A DNA stretch of 64,000 bases from an uncultured bacterium (lineage in GTDB: Bacteria; Patescibacteriota; Minisyncoccia; Minisyncoccales; Staskawiczbacteraceae). The notes under the pieces were generated by a model, which made no database searches, was not told the DNA's origin, and saw only the letters and a list, made by a program, of their open reading frames with translations. Position 1 is the stretch's first letter. Each line of letters starts with the position of its first letter. The stretch is from contig CAWIDW010000005.1 in NCBI GenBank assembly GCA_963835045.1, forward strand, positions 63,210-127,209, given 5' to 3'. This document shows, one piece after another, positions 41,986 through 51,581 of this stretch. The translations under genes and the position numbers were made by a program.

Positions 41986-42201
41986 TTATGTTCTACGATA
42001 TCGGTAGATGACGGGTTCTGAAACATCACCCCTGTTCTTTTTTAGAGACACCCTTGGTCTCTCTATTTCTTGTCGGCAACCAACACAGAATGCGTCGCGC
42101 GGCGCTGGATCGTTTGGGCAACCCGGTGTCCCGCAAGAACGCTGGATCGTTTCTTGTTTGCACGAAACTTCTCCGATTTTTCTTTTTGATTTTTTCACCA
42201 A
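41986..42201 (-). CDS. Hypothetical small Cys-rich (possible zinc-ribbon) basic protein (GC-rich, SD-bearing)
   Basis: GGAGGG upstream of the TTG/GTG start; C..C..C....CxxC pattern. Confidence 0.4.
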   Translation of the reverse strand: MVKKSKRKIGEVSCKQETIQRSCGTPGCPNDPAPRDAFCVGCRQEIERPRVSLKKNRGDVSEPVIYRYRRT

Positions 42202-42334
42202 AGACTCCCTCCTTTAAAAAAGGTTCCAGAACGATAAAGCAATCATCTTACGAGAATTGTAAATAAAATTTTCCTCTTTGTCAATATAACTTATGCACTT
42301 TTATATTTCTCTAAATTACGTATAATAAACAAAT

Positions 42335-43501
42335 ATGAAATCTAGCGACCAACAAAGAATTGAAGAAATTCTTAGCAGGGGAGTGAGCGAGATTATTGTT
42401 AAGGAAGATCTGCAAAAAAAGCTGCAATCTGGCAAAAAGTTGCGCCTCTATTTTGGAGTTGATCCAACGGGGTCGCTTTTACATTTGGGGCATGCCGTGG
42501 TGCTTTGGAAATTGCGAGAATTTCAAGAATTGGGACATGAAGTGATTTTACTCATCGGAGACTTCACCGCAAAAATTGGGGATCCATCCGGGCGCGACAC
42601 CACGCGTGTGCCGTTAACCGACAAACAAATTAAAGAAAATTTTAAAGACTACAAAAAGCAGGCTTCAAAGATTTTAGATTTTTCCAAAGTAAAAATAAAA
42701 TACAATTCAGCATGGCTTTCAAAATTAAAGGCAGCAGATATTTTAGAATTAACGACCCATGTCACGGTTCAGCAGATGTTGCATCGGGATATGTTTTCTA
42801 AAAGAATGAAAGAGGATGCGGCAATTAGCTTACAGGAATTTATTTATCCTTTATTACAAGGTTATGATTCAGTTGCCATGGACGTTGATTTGGAAATTGG
42901 CGGCAATGACCAAATGTTTAACATGCTCGCCGGCCGGACGCTTCAAAAAATATATAACCACAAAGACAAAGATATTTTAACCACTAAGCTTTTGCTGGGA
43001 ACCGATGGCCGTAAGATGAGCAAAACTTACGATAACGCGATTTATTTAACTGATTCGCCAGAAAATATGTTTGGTAAAATTATGTCGGTGAAAGACGAAC
43101 TAATGCCCGACTATTTTGAACTTTGCACAACCAAGTCCATGCCTGCTGGAATGCAGCCTCGCGAACAAAAAGCCATGCTGGCAAAGGAGATTGTAAAAAT
43201 GTATCATGGCCAAGACGCGGCGCAAAAGGCGGAAGAAAAATTTAATAGTATGTTCCGCGATAAGCAATTGCCAAGCGATATCGAAATTTTTGAAGCCGAT
43301 AAAAAGATGTATCCAGTTTTAGATTTGCTGTTTGACGCAAAATTGGCCGAATCTAAAAATGATGCCAAGCGGGTAGTTGAAGGAAATGGAGTAGAAATTG
43401 ACAATCAAAAAGTCACCGACTGGAAAAAAGAAATAGAAATCAAGGATGGCATGGTGATTAAATTCGGCAAGCGAAAGTTTATAAAGATTAAATTTAAATA
43501 A
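42335..43501 (+). CDS. tyrS: Tyrosine--tRNA ligase
   Basis: HLGH and KMSKT motifs; C-terminal S4-like domain. Confidence 0.95.
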   Translation: MKSSDQQRIEEILSRGVSEIIVKEDLQKKLQSGKKLRLYFGVDPTGSLLHLGHAVVLWKLREFQELGHEVILLIGDFTAKIGDPSGRDTTRVPLTDKQIKENFKDYKKQASKILDFSKVKIKYNSAWLSKLKAADILELTTHVTVQQMLHRDMFSKRMKEDAAISLQEFIYPLLQGYDSVAMDVDLEIGGNDQMFNMLAGRTLQKIYNHKDKDILTTKLLLGTDGRKMSKTYDNAIYLTDSPENMFGKIMSVKDELMPDYFELCTTKSMPAGMQPREQKAMLAKEIVKMYHGQDAAQKAEEKFNSMFRDKQLPSDIEIFEADKKMYPVLDLLFDAKLAESKNDAKRVVEGNGVEIDNQKVTDWKKEIEIKDGMVIKFGKRKFIKIKFK

Positions 43502-43502
43502 C

Positions 43503-44939
43503 ATGGAAAGAATTTTAATTTCACAGACTTCAACGTTTGCGGGGCAAAAGGTGAAGGTGTCCGGATGGGTGAATGTGCGGCGGGCGCATGGGAAGATTTT
43601 GTTTATTGATTTGCGCGATCGGAGCGGAATTTTGCAGTGTGTATTTTTGCCAAATAATAAAGAAGCCTATGATGCCGCCCAAGACTTGCGAACCGAATGG
43701 GTAGTGGAATTAGTAGGTGAAGTAGTCAAGCGACCCGAGAAAATGGTCAACGATAAAATTGCCAGTGGAACGGTTGAGCTTTCGGTTGAGCAGCTAGTGA
43801 TTTTATCAAAAGCACAAACACTGCCATTTGCGGTTGATACCGATGGCAAGGAAGTCAGCGAGGAGCTTCGCATGAAGTATCGCTACCTTGATTTACGCCG
43901 AGAACGAATGAAGCAAAATCTTATTATGCGACACAGGATGATTTCTTTCATGCGTGAATTTTTGTCCAAGAAAGAGTTCATTGAAATTGAAACTCCGATT
44001 TTAACCAAGTCCACTCCGGAAGGCGCGCGCGACTTTGTGGTGCCATCAAGATTGCAAGAAGGGAAATTTTTTGCTTTGCCCCAAAGTCCCCAGCAATACA
44101 AACAGCTTTTTATGGTGGCGGGTTTGGAAAAATATTTTCAAATTGCCAGGTGCTTTCGCGATGAAGACCAGCGCGGCGACCGACAGATGGAATTTACCCA
44201 GCTGGATTTGGAAATGAGTTTTGTGGATCAACAAGAGGTGATGAATTTAATGGAGGGCATGTTTATTGCGTTGGTTGAAACTCTGTATCCCAATAAAAAA
44301 ATCCAGCAAATTCCTTTCCCAAGAATTAGCTACAAAGATGCCATGGAAAAATATGGTATTGACCGGCCCGACATGCGCGAAGATAAAAACGACCCCGATT
44401 TGCTGGCATTTTGCTGGGTGGTGGACTTTCCATTTTTTGAAAAAACTGACGAAGGTAAGTGGACTTTCACCCACAATCCTTTTTCGGCGCCAAAAACCGA
44501 GCATGCGCAAAATTTGATGGACAAAAAAGACATTGGTGATATTTTAACCACCCAATACGACATTGTCTTAAACGGTTTTGAAATCGGTGGTGGCAGTATT
44601 AGAAACCATACCCCGGAGGCTTTGGAAAAGGTGTTTGAAATTATGGGTTATGAGCCACAAGAAATAAAAGAAAAGTTTGGCCACATGCTCGAGGCCTTTA
44701 GTTTTGGCGCTCCGCCGCATGGAGGCATTGCTTCAGGATTGGACAGAGTGTTAAACATTTTGCAAAACGAACCCAATATCCGTGAAGTTATTGCTTTTCC
44801 AAAAACCGGTGATGGTCGCGACTTGATGATGCAGGCACCATCGGAAATTTCTGACAAGCAGCTTACAGAATTACACATTGAAATTGCCAAAAAGCCGGCG
44901 GTAAAAGCAGTAAAAAAAGAAACCAAAAAGAAAAAGTAG
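43503..44939 (+). CDS. aspS: Aspartate--tRNA ligase (bacterial-type motifs, short form without GAD insertion)
   Basis: OB-fold N-terminus, FRDEDQRGDRQMEFTQLDLEMSF (motif 2), GGGSIR.., GAPPHGGIASGLDR (motif 3); 478 aa. Confidence 0.9.
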   Translation: MERILISQTSTFAGQKVKVSGWVNVRRAHGKILFIDLRDRSGILQCVFLPNNKEAYDAAQDLRTEWVVELVGEVVKRPEKMVNDKIASGTVELSVEQLVILSKAQTLPFAVDTDGKEVSEELRMKYRYLDLRRERMKQNLIMRHRMISFMREFLSKKEFIEIETPILTKSTPEGARDFVVPSRLQEGKFFALPQSPQQYKQLFMVAGLEKYFQIARCFRDEDQRGDRQMEFTQLDLEMSFVDQQEVMNLMEGMFIALVETLYPNKKIQQIPFPRISYKDAMEKYGIDRPDMREDKNDPDLLAFCWVVDFPFFEKTDEGKWTFTHNPFSAPKTEHAQNLMDKKDIGDILTTQYDIVLNGFEIGGGSIRNHTPEALEKVFEIMGYEPQEIKEKFGHMLEAFSFGAPPHGGIASGLDRVLNILQNEPNIREVIAFPKTGDGRDLMMQAPSEISDKQLTELHIEIAKKPAVKAVKKETKKKK

Positions 44940-44950
44940 GAGAAAAAATA

Positions 44951-45901
44951 ATGGTTCAAAAGATTGTAAAATTGGTATTATTGTCAGTGGTGGTGGTGAT
45001 TTTGGTTGGAGTTATTTTTGGCGGAGTGTCGTGGTTTTCGCAAAGCGTGCTGGGAATTTTTATTAATAAGTCCGGCGCCAAGAGCGTGTCAGTGGCCAGC
45101 CTTGAGTCATCGGTTGATGATAATGTTCAGGCTCAAGTTGCCCCGCCTCAAACTGCCGCCGCGCCATCCAGTCCGGCTTCGTTTGCGTCGCAATTATCCG
45201 CCCAGTCTGCTTTGTCGCTTGAGTTTGGAGGATCTTTACATACCGTCTTATTCCAAAAAAATCCAAACCAAGAATTGCCCGTTGCCAGTTTAACAAAATT
45301 AATGACGGCTCTGGTGGTTTTGCAGCACTACAATTTAGCGCAGGAAGTCACCGTGGATTCTGGAGCCATGGCCCAAGAGGGCGAGCAAGGGGATTTGCAG
45401 TTAGGCCAGGTTCTTTCAGTCAAAGATTTACTGTATATTACCTTGATAGAATCCAGCAACCGCTCCGCCTACCAGCTTTCCGAAGTGGTTGGCGCGGACA
45501 ATTTTGTTGATCTGATGAATACCGACGCCAGCGCCTTGGGTCTTAACAATACTCACTTTGTTGATAGTTCAGGCCTTGATTCGGGTTCTTATTCCACCGT
45601 TTCTGATTTAGCGAAGCTGACTGAATATGTATTTGAAAATTATCCGTTATTTAGGGAAATTATCGGTTTGAAAACCTACAACTTGTATCTGGACGATGGC
45701 ACGTTTCACCATACGCTTATTAATACCAACGAATTGCTGGGAACCGATAATATTATCGGAGGCAAAACGGGATTTACCGACGATGCCAAAGGATGCTTAA
45801 TGGTAATCCAGCAAAATCCGCAAAATGGAAATGATATTATCAGCATTCTTTTGGGATCCAATGATCGCTTTGGAGAAATGCAGCGATTAATTTCACACTA
45901 A
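44951..45901 (+). CDS. D-alanyl-D-alanine carboxypeptidase (peptidase S11)
   Basis: ASLTKLMT (SxxK), ESSNRS (SxN) and GKTGFT (KTG) motifs; N-terminal TM helix. Confidence 0.85.
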   Translation: MVQKIVKLVLLSVVVVILVGVIFGGVSWFSQSVLGIFINKSGAKSVSVASLESSVDDNVQAQVAPPQTAAAPSSPASFASQLSAQSALSLEFGGSLHTVLFQKNPNQELPVASLTKLMTALVVLQHYNLAQEVTVDSGAMAQEGEQGDLQLGQVLSVKDLLYITLIESSNRSAYQLSEVVGADNFVDLMNTDASALGLNNTHFVDSSGLDSGSYSTVSDLAKLTEYVFENYPLFREIIGLKTYNLYLDDGTFHHTLINTNELLGTDNIIGGKTGFTDDAKGCLMVIQQNPQNGNDIISILLGSNDRFGEMQRLISH

Positions 45902-45903
45902 CT

Positions 45904-46965
45904 ATGACTCTTCTTATATTTAACGTTATTAAGGTGCTTGGGATTTCGGCGGTCGCTTCTTTTATCGCGATGGTTTGGAGTCCTTTTTTAATTAATTTTT
46001 TATACCAGCACAAACTCTGGAAAAAACAGGCCAGAACCAAAGCCATTAGCGGCGAAGACGCGGTGGTTTTTAATGCCCTTCACAAAGAACGGGAAACCAA
46101 GGTTCCTCGCATGGGTGGATTATTAATTTGGCTGACCACGGTGGGAGTTATCTTTTTTGTCTATCTTTTGGCTGTTATTTTTCCCCAGAGCATTTTTGTC
46201 AGGCTCAACTTTTTATCGCGCAGCCAAACCTGGCTTCCCTTATTTACTTTAATCGTGGCTTCACTGGTTGGTTTGCTTGACGATATTTTAGTGGTTTCGT
46301 CACTGGGCCAATATATTGGCGGGGGATTGTCATTTAGCAAGCGTTTCATTATTGTGGCTTTAATCGGTTTGGTGGGAGGCTGGTGGTTTTACGCAAAGCT
46401 GGGTTGGGACGTTATCAGCGTTCCTTTGCTGGGCCATTTTAATATTGGTATTTTTTATATCCCTTTGTTTGTGGTGGTTATGATTGCTTGTTGGTCAGGA
46501 GGAATTATTGACGGTTTGGATGGTTTGGCCGGCGGAGTTTTCGCTTCCATTTTTGGGGCCTTTACCATTATTGCTTTTTCTCAAGGCAAAGTGGACCTGG
46601 CCACTTTTTGCGCCGTCATTACCGGAACATTATTTGCCTTTTTGTGGTTTAACATTCCGCCGGCACGCTTTTACATGTCCGAAGTCGGGTCGCTTGGCTT
46701 GGTTACTACCATGGCGGTAGTGGCGTTTTTAACCGACTCGGTGTTAGTTTTGCCCATTATCGCGGGATTGTTGGTATTGGAAGTTGGCTCGGTGGTGGTG
46801 CAACTGTTATCTAAAAAATTCCGTAAAAAGAAAATTTTCCAGTCCACTCCCATTCATCATCACTTTGAAGCCGAAGGCTGGCCAGCCTCCAAAGTCACCA
46901 TGAGATTTTGGATTATCGGAATTGTCCTGGCAATTATCGGAGTAGTCATAAAACTGATTGGGTAG
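45904..46965 (+). CDS. mraY: Phospho-N-acetylmuramoyl-pentapeptide transferase
   Basis: Polytopic; ..DD..K.......GG.., NA.N..DGLDGLA-like region and HHHFE motif. Confidence 0.9.
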   Translation: MTLLIFNVIKVLGISAVASFIAMVWSPFLINFLYQHKLWKKQARTKAISGEDAVVFNALHKERETKVPRMGGLLIWLTTVGVIFFVYLLAVIFPQSIFVRLNFLSRSQTWLPLFTLIVASLVGLLDDILVVSSLGQYIGGGLSFSKRFIIVALIGLVGGWWFYAKLGWDVISVPLLGHFNIGIFYIPLFVVVMIACWSGGIIDGLDGLAGGVFASIFGAFTIIAFSQGKVDLATFCAVITGTLFAFLWFNIPPARFYMSEVGSLGLVTTMAVVAFLTDSVLVLPIIAGLLVLEVGSVVVQLLSKKFRKKKIFQSTPIHHHFEAEGWPASKVTMRFWIIGIVLAIIGVVIKLIG

Positions 46966-46966
46966 G
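46904..46966 (+). repeat. 63-bp direct repeat, copy 1 (last 20 codons + stop of mraY)
   Basis: Identical at 63/63 to 47151-47213. Confidence 0.95.
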
Positions 46967-47150
46967 TTTAAAAAAATAAGAAGAGAATAATCCAAAATCG
47001 CACAAAGGGGGTCGGGGAAATTGGTAAGGGAAGCCGCAGCGGACACTTAGTTCTCGTAGATAGAACCCCCGTGGAGGAAAACAGTCCCATGAGCGCACGA
47101 ATGGAGACGTTAGAAACCTTGGGTTTCTAAGGAGCGAGTTAGGGAGCGAC
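46967..47150 (+). other. 184-bp GC-richer insert of unknown nature between the two mraY-3' copies
   Basis: Contains ataatccaaaatcg (46987-47000), complementary to cgattttggattat (47150-47163), and a perfect 9-bp hairpin ttagaaacc ttg ggtttctaa (47110-47130). No convincing ORF. Confidence 0.5.
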
Positions 47151-47213
47151 GATTTTGGATTATCGGAATTGTCCTGGCAATTATCGGAGTAGTCATAAAA
47201 CTGATTGGGTAGG
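47151..47213 (+). repeat. 63-bp direct repeat, copy 2 (non-coding copy of mraY 3' end)
   Basis: Identical to 46904-46966. The in-frame upstream sequence has a stop at 47111-47113 and no ATG. Confidence 0.95.
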
Positions 47214-47240
47214 CGTTTACTTTAAAAGAGGGCAAGATAC

Positions 47241-47269
47241 TTGACAAAATATTGCCAATAGAGTAATAT
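47241..47269 (+). promoter_or_regulatory. Sigma70-like promoter of the large surface-protein gene
   Basis: TTGACA (47241-47246), 17-nt spacer, TAATAT (47264-47269). Confidence 0.5.
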
Positions 47270-47344
47270 ATATCATAGTCGTGTTTACAACCTATTTGTA
47301 ATAGGTTAGGGTATAATATTATTCACTTAACAGTAGATACATTT

Positions 47345-49516
47345 ATGGTAAAAGGAAATACTTTATGTTTGAAGATTGCGCTGGTGTTTGCGGTTTTTTT
47401 CGTGGTCGGAGTTGCTCTGCCAAGTTTGGCAAACGCTGATACCACCTGCGGCACCACCGGCGGAGGGCTTTCACAGGGAACTAATTCATTTCCCGGTCTT
47501 ACCATTACTAAAATTTCAGACGTAGTGTCTAGCGGAGCTGAAACATCGGTCATGAGCATTACCAATACCAGTAGCGCCACTAAGACGTTGGTGGTTAAGG
47601 ACTATCAGTCTCGATGTCTTGAACATTTGGGCTTTCCATTTAGAAGCGGTCTTGGACAGTGTCAATATTATTGGCAGCCAAATCAAACACAGCCCCAGCA
47701 AACCACCGTCCAGTCTTTACAGACCATTACCTTGGCTCCCGGCCAATCACAAAACGTAACTAATATTGTCAACCAATACCAAAACCAAGATTGCGGTTCT
47801 TTGCAGCTTGATACTTTTTTGGTGAGTATTGATGGAGTAGCGGTAAATAATGGACAGGTATACGGTTCTTTCTCTGACCTTTGTAGCGATTGTATTGCTC
47901 CTACTCAAAGTAATTTAATGGTTAACTGTAGCGCCAACCCAAACCCTGCCCAAGCTAATGCCTCCGTCACTTTCGGAGCCACCGCAACCGGCGGAACCGG
48001 AAGCTATACTTACTCTTGGTCCGGCGGCTGCACAGGGTCTTCTTCAACTTGTACTAACTCATTTTCCCAGCCCAACAGTTATATCTCTTATGTAACCGTT
48101 ACTTCCGGCGTCCAAACTGCCAGCGCTTCTTGTAGTACCGTTATTAATCAAGCGACCACTCAAAACAATTTGTCGGCTTCTTGCTCGGCTTCTCCCTCAT
48201 CGGCTCAAGTTAACAATTCCGTCACTTTCGGAGCCACCGCAACCGGCGGAACCGGAAGCTATACTTACTCTTGGTCTGGCGCCTGTACCGGTTCTGGCCA
48301 AAGTTGCTCCAACACATTTGCCACGGCTAATACTTACACTTCTTCGGTTAACGTAACCTCTGGTACTCAAACAACCACTGCTTCTTGCAGCGTGGGAGTA
48401 ACCCAAAGCAATACAACGGTCAACGCCGCTTGCAGTAGCAATTTGCAATGCGGAAGCAGCGGTCCTAGCGGAAGCCCGGTATGCAGCGGAAATGCCATTT
48501 ATCAAAATTACCAAACTTGGACATGTAATAATCCCGGAACTTCCAGTTCTTATTGTTCAAGTTCCACGACCCAGCAAGAACAAAGCGTGTGTCTGTATAA
48601 TCAAACCTGCCAAAACGGATATTGCAGCACTCCTTATGTGCCGCCATACACTCCGCCATATATTCCTCCATACACTCCGCCATACACTCCGACTTGCAGC
48701 TACGATGCTTCAGAGCGATGCGTGGGAAATTCGGTTTATTGGTTTGACTCTTGCGGCAACCAGGGAAGCGTAGCCCAAGTTTGTGGCTATAATCAAACCT
48801 GTGAAGGTAGTAGCTGCGTTGGCCAAACTCAACAAAACAATACTTCGCTTAATGTAACCAAGCAAGTACGAGATCTTTCTTCGGGAAATTTGGGTTGGTC
48901 TTCATCGGTGTACGCAACCCCAGGCGACATTGTACAGTTTGAAGTTATCATTACTACTCCAAATAATAATCAGTATCAGTACGGTTATAATGGTTACAAC
49001 AGCAACCAGTACCTCGATAATGTAGAGGTCAGAGATATTTTTCCGGCAAACCTTATTTATGATAACAGTTTAACCTTAAACGGTATTCCAAATTCGGGAA
49101 ATATTATTTCCGGATTGAATATTGGCAGCATCAGTTCCGGACAAACCACCACCATCACTTATCAGGCCCAGGTTGGCCCGGCTTCTGACTTTTCTTTTGG
49201 GTCAAGCACTTTGACGAACTCGGTAAACGTAACCAGCAATACCGGAGGATCGGGAAATGCCAGTGCCTCGGTTTTGGTTAATCGTTCAGGGCTTTCAGTT
49301 GCCACCACGGTATCTACCGGTTTGACGAACAATCCTCTCTTAGACTCGTTCTTTATACCATTGATGATTGCCTTGGTTGGTATCTGGGCTTACAACGCGG
49401 GACTCTTTGGGGTTTCCGAATGGATTGAATCAAAAAAATCAAAACGCAAAGATCACTTGGCTAAAAAAGAATTGCACCAAAAGATTGCGAAAATTAAACA
49501 AAAAGAAACAGCTTAA
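47345..49516 (+). CDS. Large Cys-rich repetitive surface protein with DUF11-like repeat domain and C-terminal TM anchor
   Basis: Signal peptide; duplicated ..VTFGATATGGTGSYTYSWSG.CTGS.. modules; PPYTPPY repeats; ..VEVRDIFPANL..TITYQAQV.. ; C-terminal TM helix plus a basic tail. Confidence 0.65.
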   Translation: MVKGNTLCLKIALVFAVFFVVGVALPSLANADTTCGTTGGGLSQGTNSFPGLTITKISDVVSSGAETSVMSITNTSSATKTLVVKDYQSRCLEHLGFPFRSGLGQCQYYWQPNQTQPQQTTVQSLQTITLAPGQSQNVTNIVNQYQNQDCGSLQLDTFLVSIDGVAVNNGQVYGSFSDLCSDCIAPTQSNLMVNCSANPNPAQANASVTFGATATGGTGSYTYSWSGGCTGSSSTCTNSFSQPNSYISYVTVTSGVQTASASCSTVINQATTQNNLSASCSASPSSAQVNNSVTFGATATGGTGSYTYSWSGACTGSGQSCSNTFATANTYTSSVNVTSGTQTTTASCSVGVTQSNTTVNAACSSNLQCGSSGPSGSPVCSGNAIYQNYQTWTCNNPGTSSSYCSSSTTQQEQSVCLYNQTCQNGYCSTPYVPPYTPPYIPPYTPPYTPTCSYDASERCVGNSVYWFDSCGNQGSVAQVCGYNQTCEGSSCVGQTQQNNTSLNVTKQVRDLSSGNLGWSSSVYATPGDIVQFEVIITTPNNNQYQYGYNGYNSNQYLDNVEVRDIFPANLIYDNSLTLNGIPNSGNIISGLNIGSISSGQTTTITYQAQVGPASDFSFGSSTLTNSVNVTSNTGGSGNASASVLVNRSGLSVATTVSTGLTNNPLLDSFFIPLMIALVGIWAYNAGLFGVSEWIESKKSKRKDHLAKKELHQKIAKIKQKETA

Positions 49517-49532
49517 TAATTCAGTTAAGCAA

Positions 49533-49562
49533 ACGGCGCGCTCCGCGGAGCGCGCCGTTTTA
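49533..49562 (+). terminator. GC-rich rho-independent terminator
   Basis: acggcgcgctc cgcg gagcgcgccgt followed by tttt. Confidence 0.75.
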
Positions 49563-49604
49563 GTTGCGCAGAAATTATTTTTGTGAGAGAATACACTCAA
49601 TACC

Positions 49605-50249
49605 ATGAAGCGAAATTTAGAAAACAGCGACTATGGAATTAACATGACTAATCCCAATGAGGATGAATTGCGCGTCCTCGATGAGCAGGAGTTAGCGGAT
49701 GCAGAAGCTAAGGCGGGTACTGCCAGAGAAGAAGAATTGCAAAATCCTTTGAAAATAGAAAATTTCCAAGAAGCAATTCAAGAGGCTCTTGCAAAAGATA
49801 AAGAAGAATCCTATGCCAATGCGTTGCCAGAAGAAAAGTTTGAACTAGATGTAAATGCCCCGAAAGTCGTTAGCGAAGAAGAACTTGAGAATATTTTAGA
49901 AGGCATTAAAAAGGAAAGACGCGAGGCTATTGTGAAGGCATTCAAAGAAGCGGGCAACGTTTCGGTGAGGGGGGTAAAGTATGTTTGGGATCGGGGCGCC
50001 AAATTGTATTCTAAGATAGAACCGGCTGATACTTTTTTAGGCAACAAACTTACTGGAACTGCCAAGGGAGCAGTGGGAATTCTAGCAGACACTGCGCGTA
50101 AAAGTATTTGGGCAGGATTGGGGTTTGCCAAAGATATGGTTAAGGCCACTTTTAACGCCCTGGCATATCAGGAGGCGCCAAATACTAAAGAAATTAAGGG
50201 GAATATAAAAAACGCATTTAAAGATGAGTCAGAAGCCAAAAAGAAATAG
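49605..50249 (+). CDS. Hypothetical acidic protein
   Basis: Intact ORF with no recognisable motif. Confidence 0.45.
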   Translation: MKRNLENSDYGINMTNPNEDELRVLDEQELADAEAKAGTAREEELQNPLKIENFQEAIQEALAKDKEESYANALPEEKFELDVNAPKVVSEEELENILEGIKKERREAIVKAFKEAGNVSVRGVKYVWDRGAKLYSKIEPADTFLGNKLTGTAKGAVGILADTARKSIWAGLGFAKDMVKATFNALAYQEAPNTKEIKGNIKNAFKDESEAKKK

Positions 50250-50286
50250 TCTTGTTTTGCAATATATATTTTGATATAACTAACAC

Positions 50287-51480
50287 ATGTTTAATGTTGA
50301 TCAAACAAAAAGCTGGCGGGCGCTTGTTTTAACTGTAGTGGTTTTTGTGGTATTTTGCGGAGGCTTTCTTATCGGTAAAAGCCAGGCGTATCGGGCCACG
50401 GCTCCGGCTAACGTGGACTTTTCTTTATTTTGGGATGCCTATGACAAGCTCCACCAAAATTATCTGGAAAAAAGTACCATCAATGACCAAAATCTAACTT
50501 ACGGCGCCATTAATGGCATGACTGAAAGTTTGGGCGACCCTTACACTGAATTTTTTGATCCTACCGACGCCAAATTATTTAATTCTGATTTGGCCGGATC
50601 GTTTGATGGCATCGGAGTAGAAGTGGGAGTTGATAAAAATGGAAACTTAACCGTCATCGCGCCGCTCAAGGGAACTCCGGGAGACAAGGCGGGACTTGAA
50701 GCGGGAGACACGATTGTAAAAATAAATGGTACCACTACCGCCGGCATGAATTCCGATGACGCGGTTAACGCGATCCGTGGGCCAAAGGGAACCAAAGTTA
50801 CCCTAACCATTTTACGCGCCGGCTGGCAAGCTACCAAAGATTTTACCATTACCCGGGACACCATTAATATTCCTTCGGTAACCTGGAAGCTGGAAGACGG
50901 CGACGTGGCTTACATTAACATCACCCAATTTGACCAAACCTTGTCCGACCAATTTGATACCGTTGCCGCCCAAATTTTAAAAAGCCCTGCCAAAAAAATT
51001 ATCTTAGACGTTCGCGGCGATCCGGGAGGTTACCTTGAAGAATGCCAGGACGTGGCCGGATGGTTTTTACAACCAGGCCAGTTGATTACCAGTGAAGATT
51101 TCGGCCCGGGCAAACCGCAAGAGCAATATAAAGCACAAGGAAATGGCGATCTTGCCAATTATCCGATGGTGATATTAATTGATGGCGGTTCGGCTTCGGC
51201 TTCGGAAATTTTATCGGGATCCTTGCGCGATGACCGGGGAATTCAACTCATCGGCGCCCAATCGTATGGCAAAGGTTCGGTGCAGGAAGTGTTTCCATTG
51301 GAAGACGGCCAGTCATTTTTGAAAATTACCATCGCCAAATGGCTGACCCCAAAAGGCTATTCCATTTCAAAAGTGGGCTTAACTCCTGATGTTAAAGTGG
51401 CCATGACCGACACCGACGTTGCCGCCGGCAAGGACCCGCAGCTTGATAAAGCCCTTGAAATAGTTGGCACTTTAAAGTAA
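50287..51480 (+). CDS. ctpA: Carboxyl-terminal processing protease (peptidase S41) with PDZ domain
   Basis: PDZ ..GDKAGLEAGDTIVKING.., DVRGDPGGYL and IDGGSASASEI motifs. Confidence 0.85.
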   Translation: MFNVDQTKSWRALVLTVVVFVVFCGGFLIGKSQAYRATAPANVDFSLFWDAYDKLHQNYLEKSTINDQNLTYGAINGMTESLGDPYTEFFDPTDAKLFNSDLAGSFDGIGVEVGVDKNGNLTVIAPLKGTPGDKAGLEAGDTIVKINGTTTAGMNSDDAVNAIRGPKGTKVTLTILRAGWQATKDFTITRDTINIPSVTWKLEDGDVAYINITQFDQTLSDQFDTVAAQILKSPAKKIILDVRGDPGGYLEECQDVAGWFLQPGQLITSEDFGPGKPQEQYKAQGNGDLANYPMVILIDGGSASASEILSGSLRDDRGIQLIGAQSYGKGSVQEVFPLEDGQSFLKITIAKWLTPKGYSISKVGLTPDVKVAMTDTDVAAGKDPQLDKALEIVGTLK

Positions 51481-51504
51481 GATATTAGTTGATCTGACGG
51501 ATAT

Positions 51505-51572
51505 GCATAGATATTGCGGATATTAATATCGCGAGCCAAAGCGAGTGAATATCTTAATATCAATATATATCA
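51505..51572. repeat. Intergenic repeat, family H copy 2
   Basis: aatatcgcgagccaaagcgagtgaatatc ... atatatatcaa; compare 20915-20990. Confidence 0.5.
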
Positions 51573-51581
51573 AAACTAGGT

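Noticed and set aside
46967-47150. Assigning the mraY-downstream insert to a known RNA class (SRP RNA because of gggaagccgcagc; twister-like because of aagcc.. and gtggagg; tmRNA because of the gggg start)
   Set aside because: Only short, partial motif resemblances exist. The conserved SRP GGAA-tetraloop context, a tRNA-like T-arm and the complete ribozyme cores are not present. It cannot be supported without covariance-model searches.
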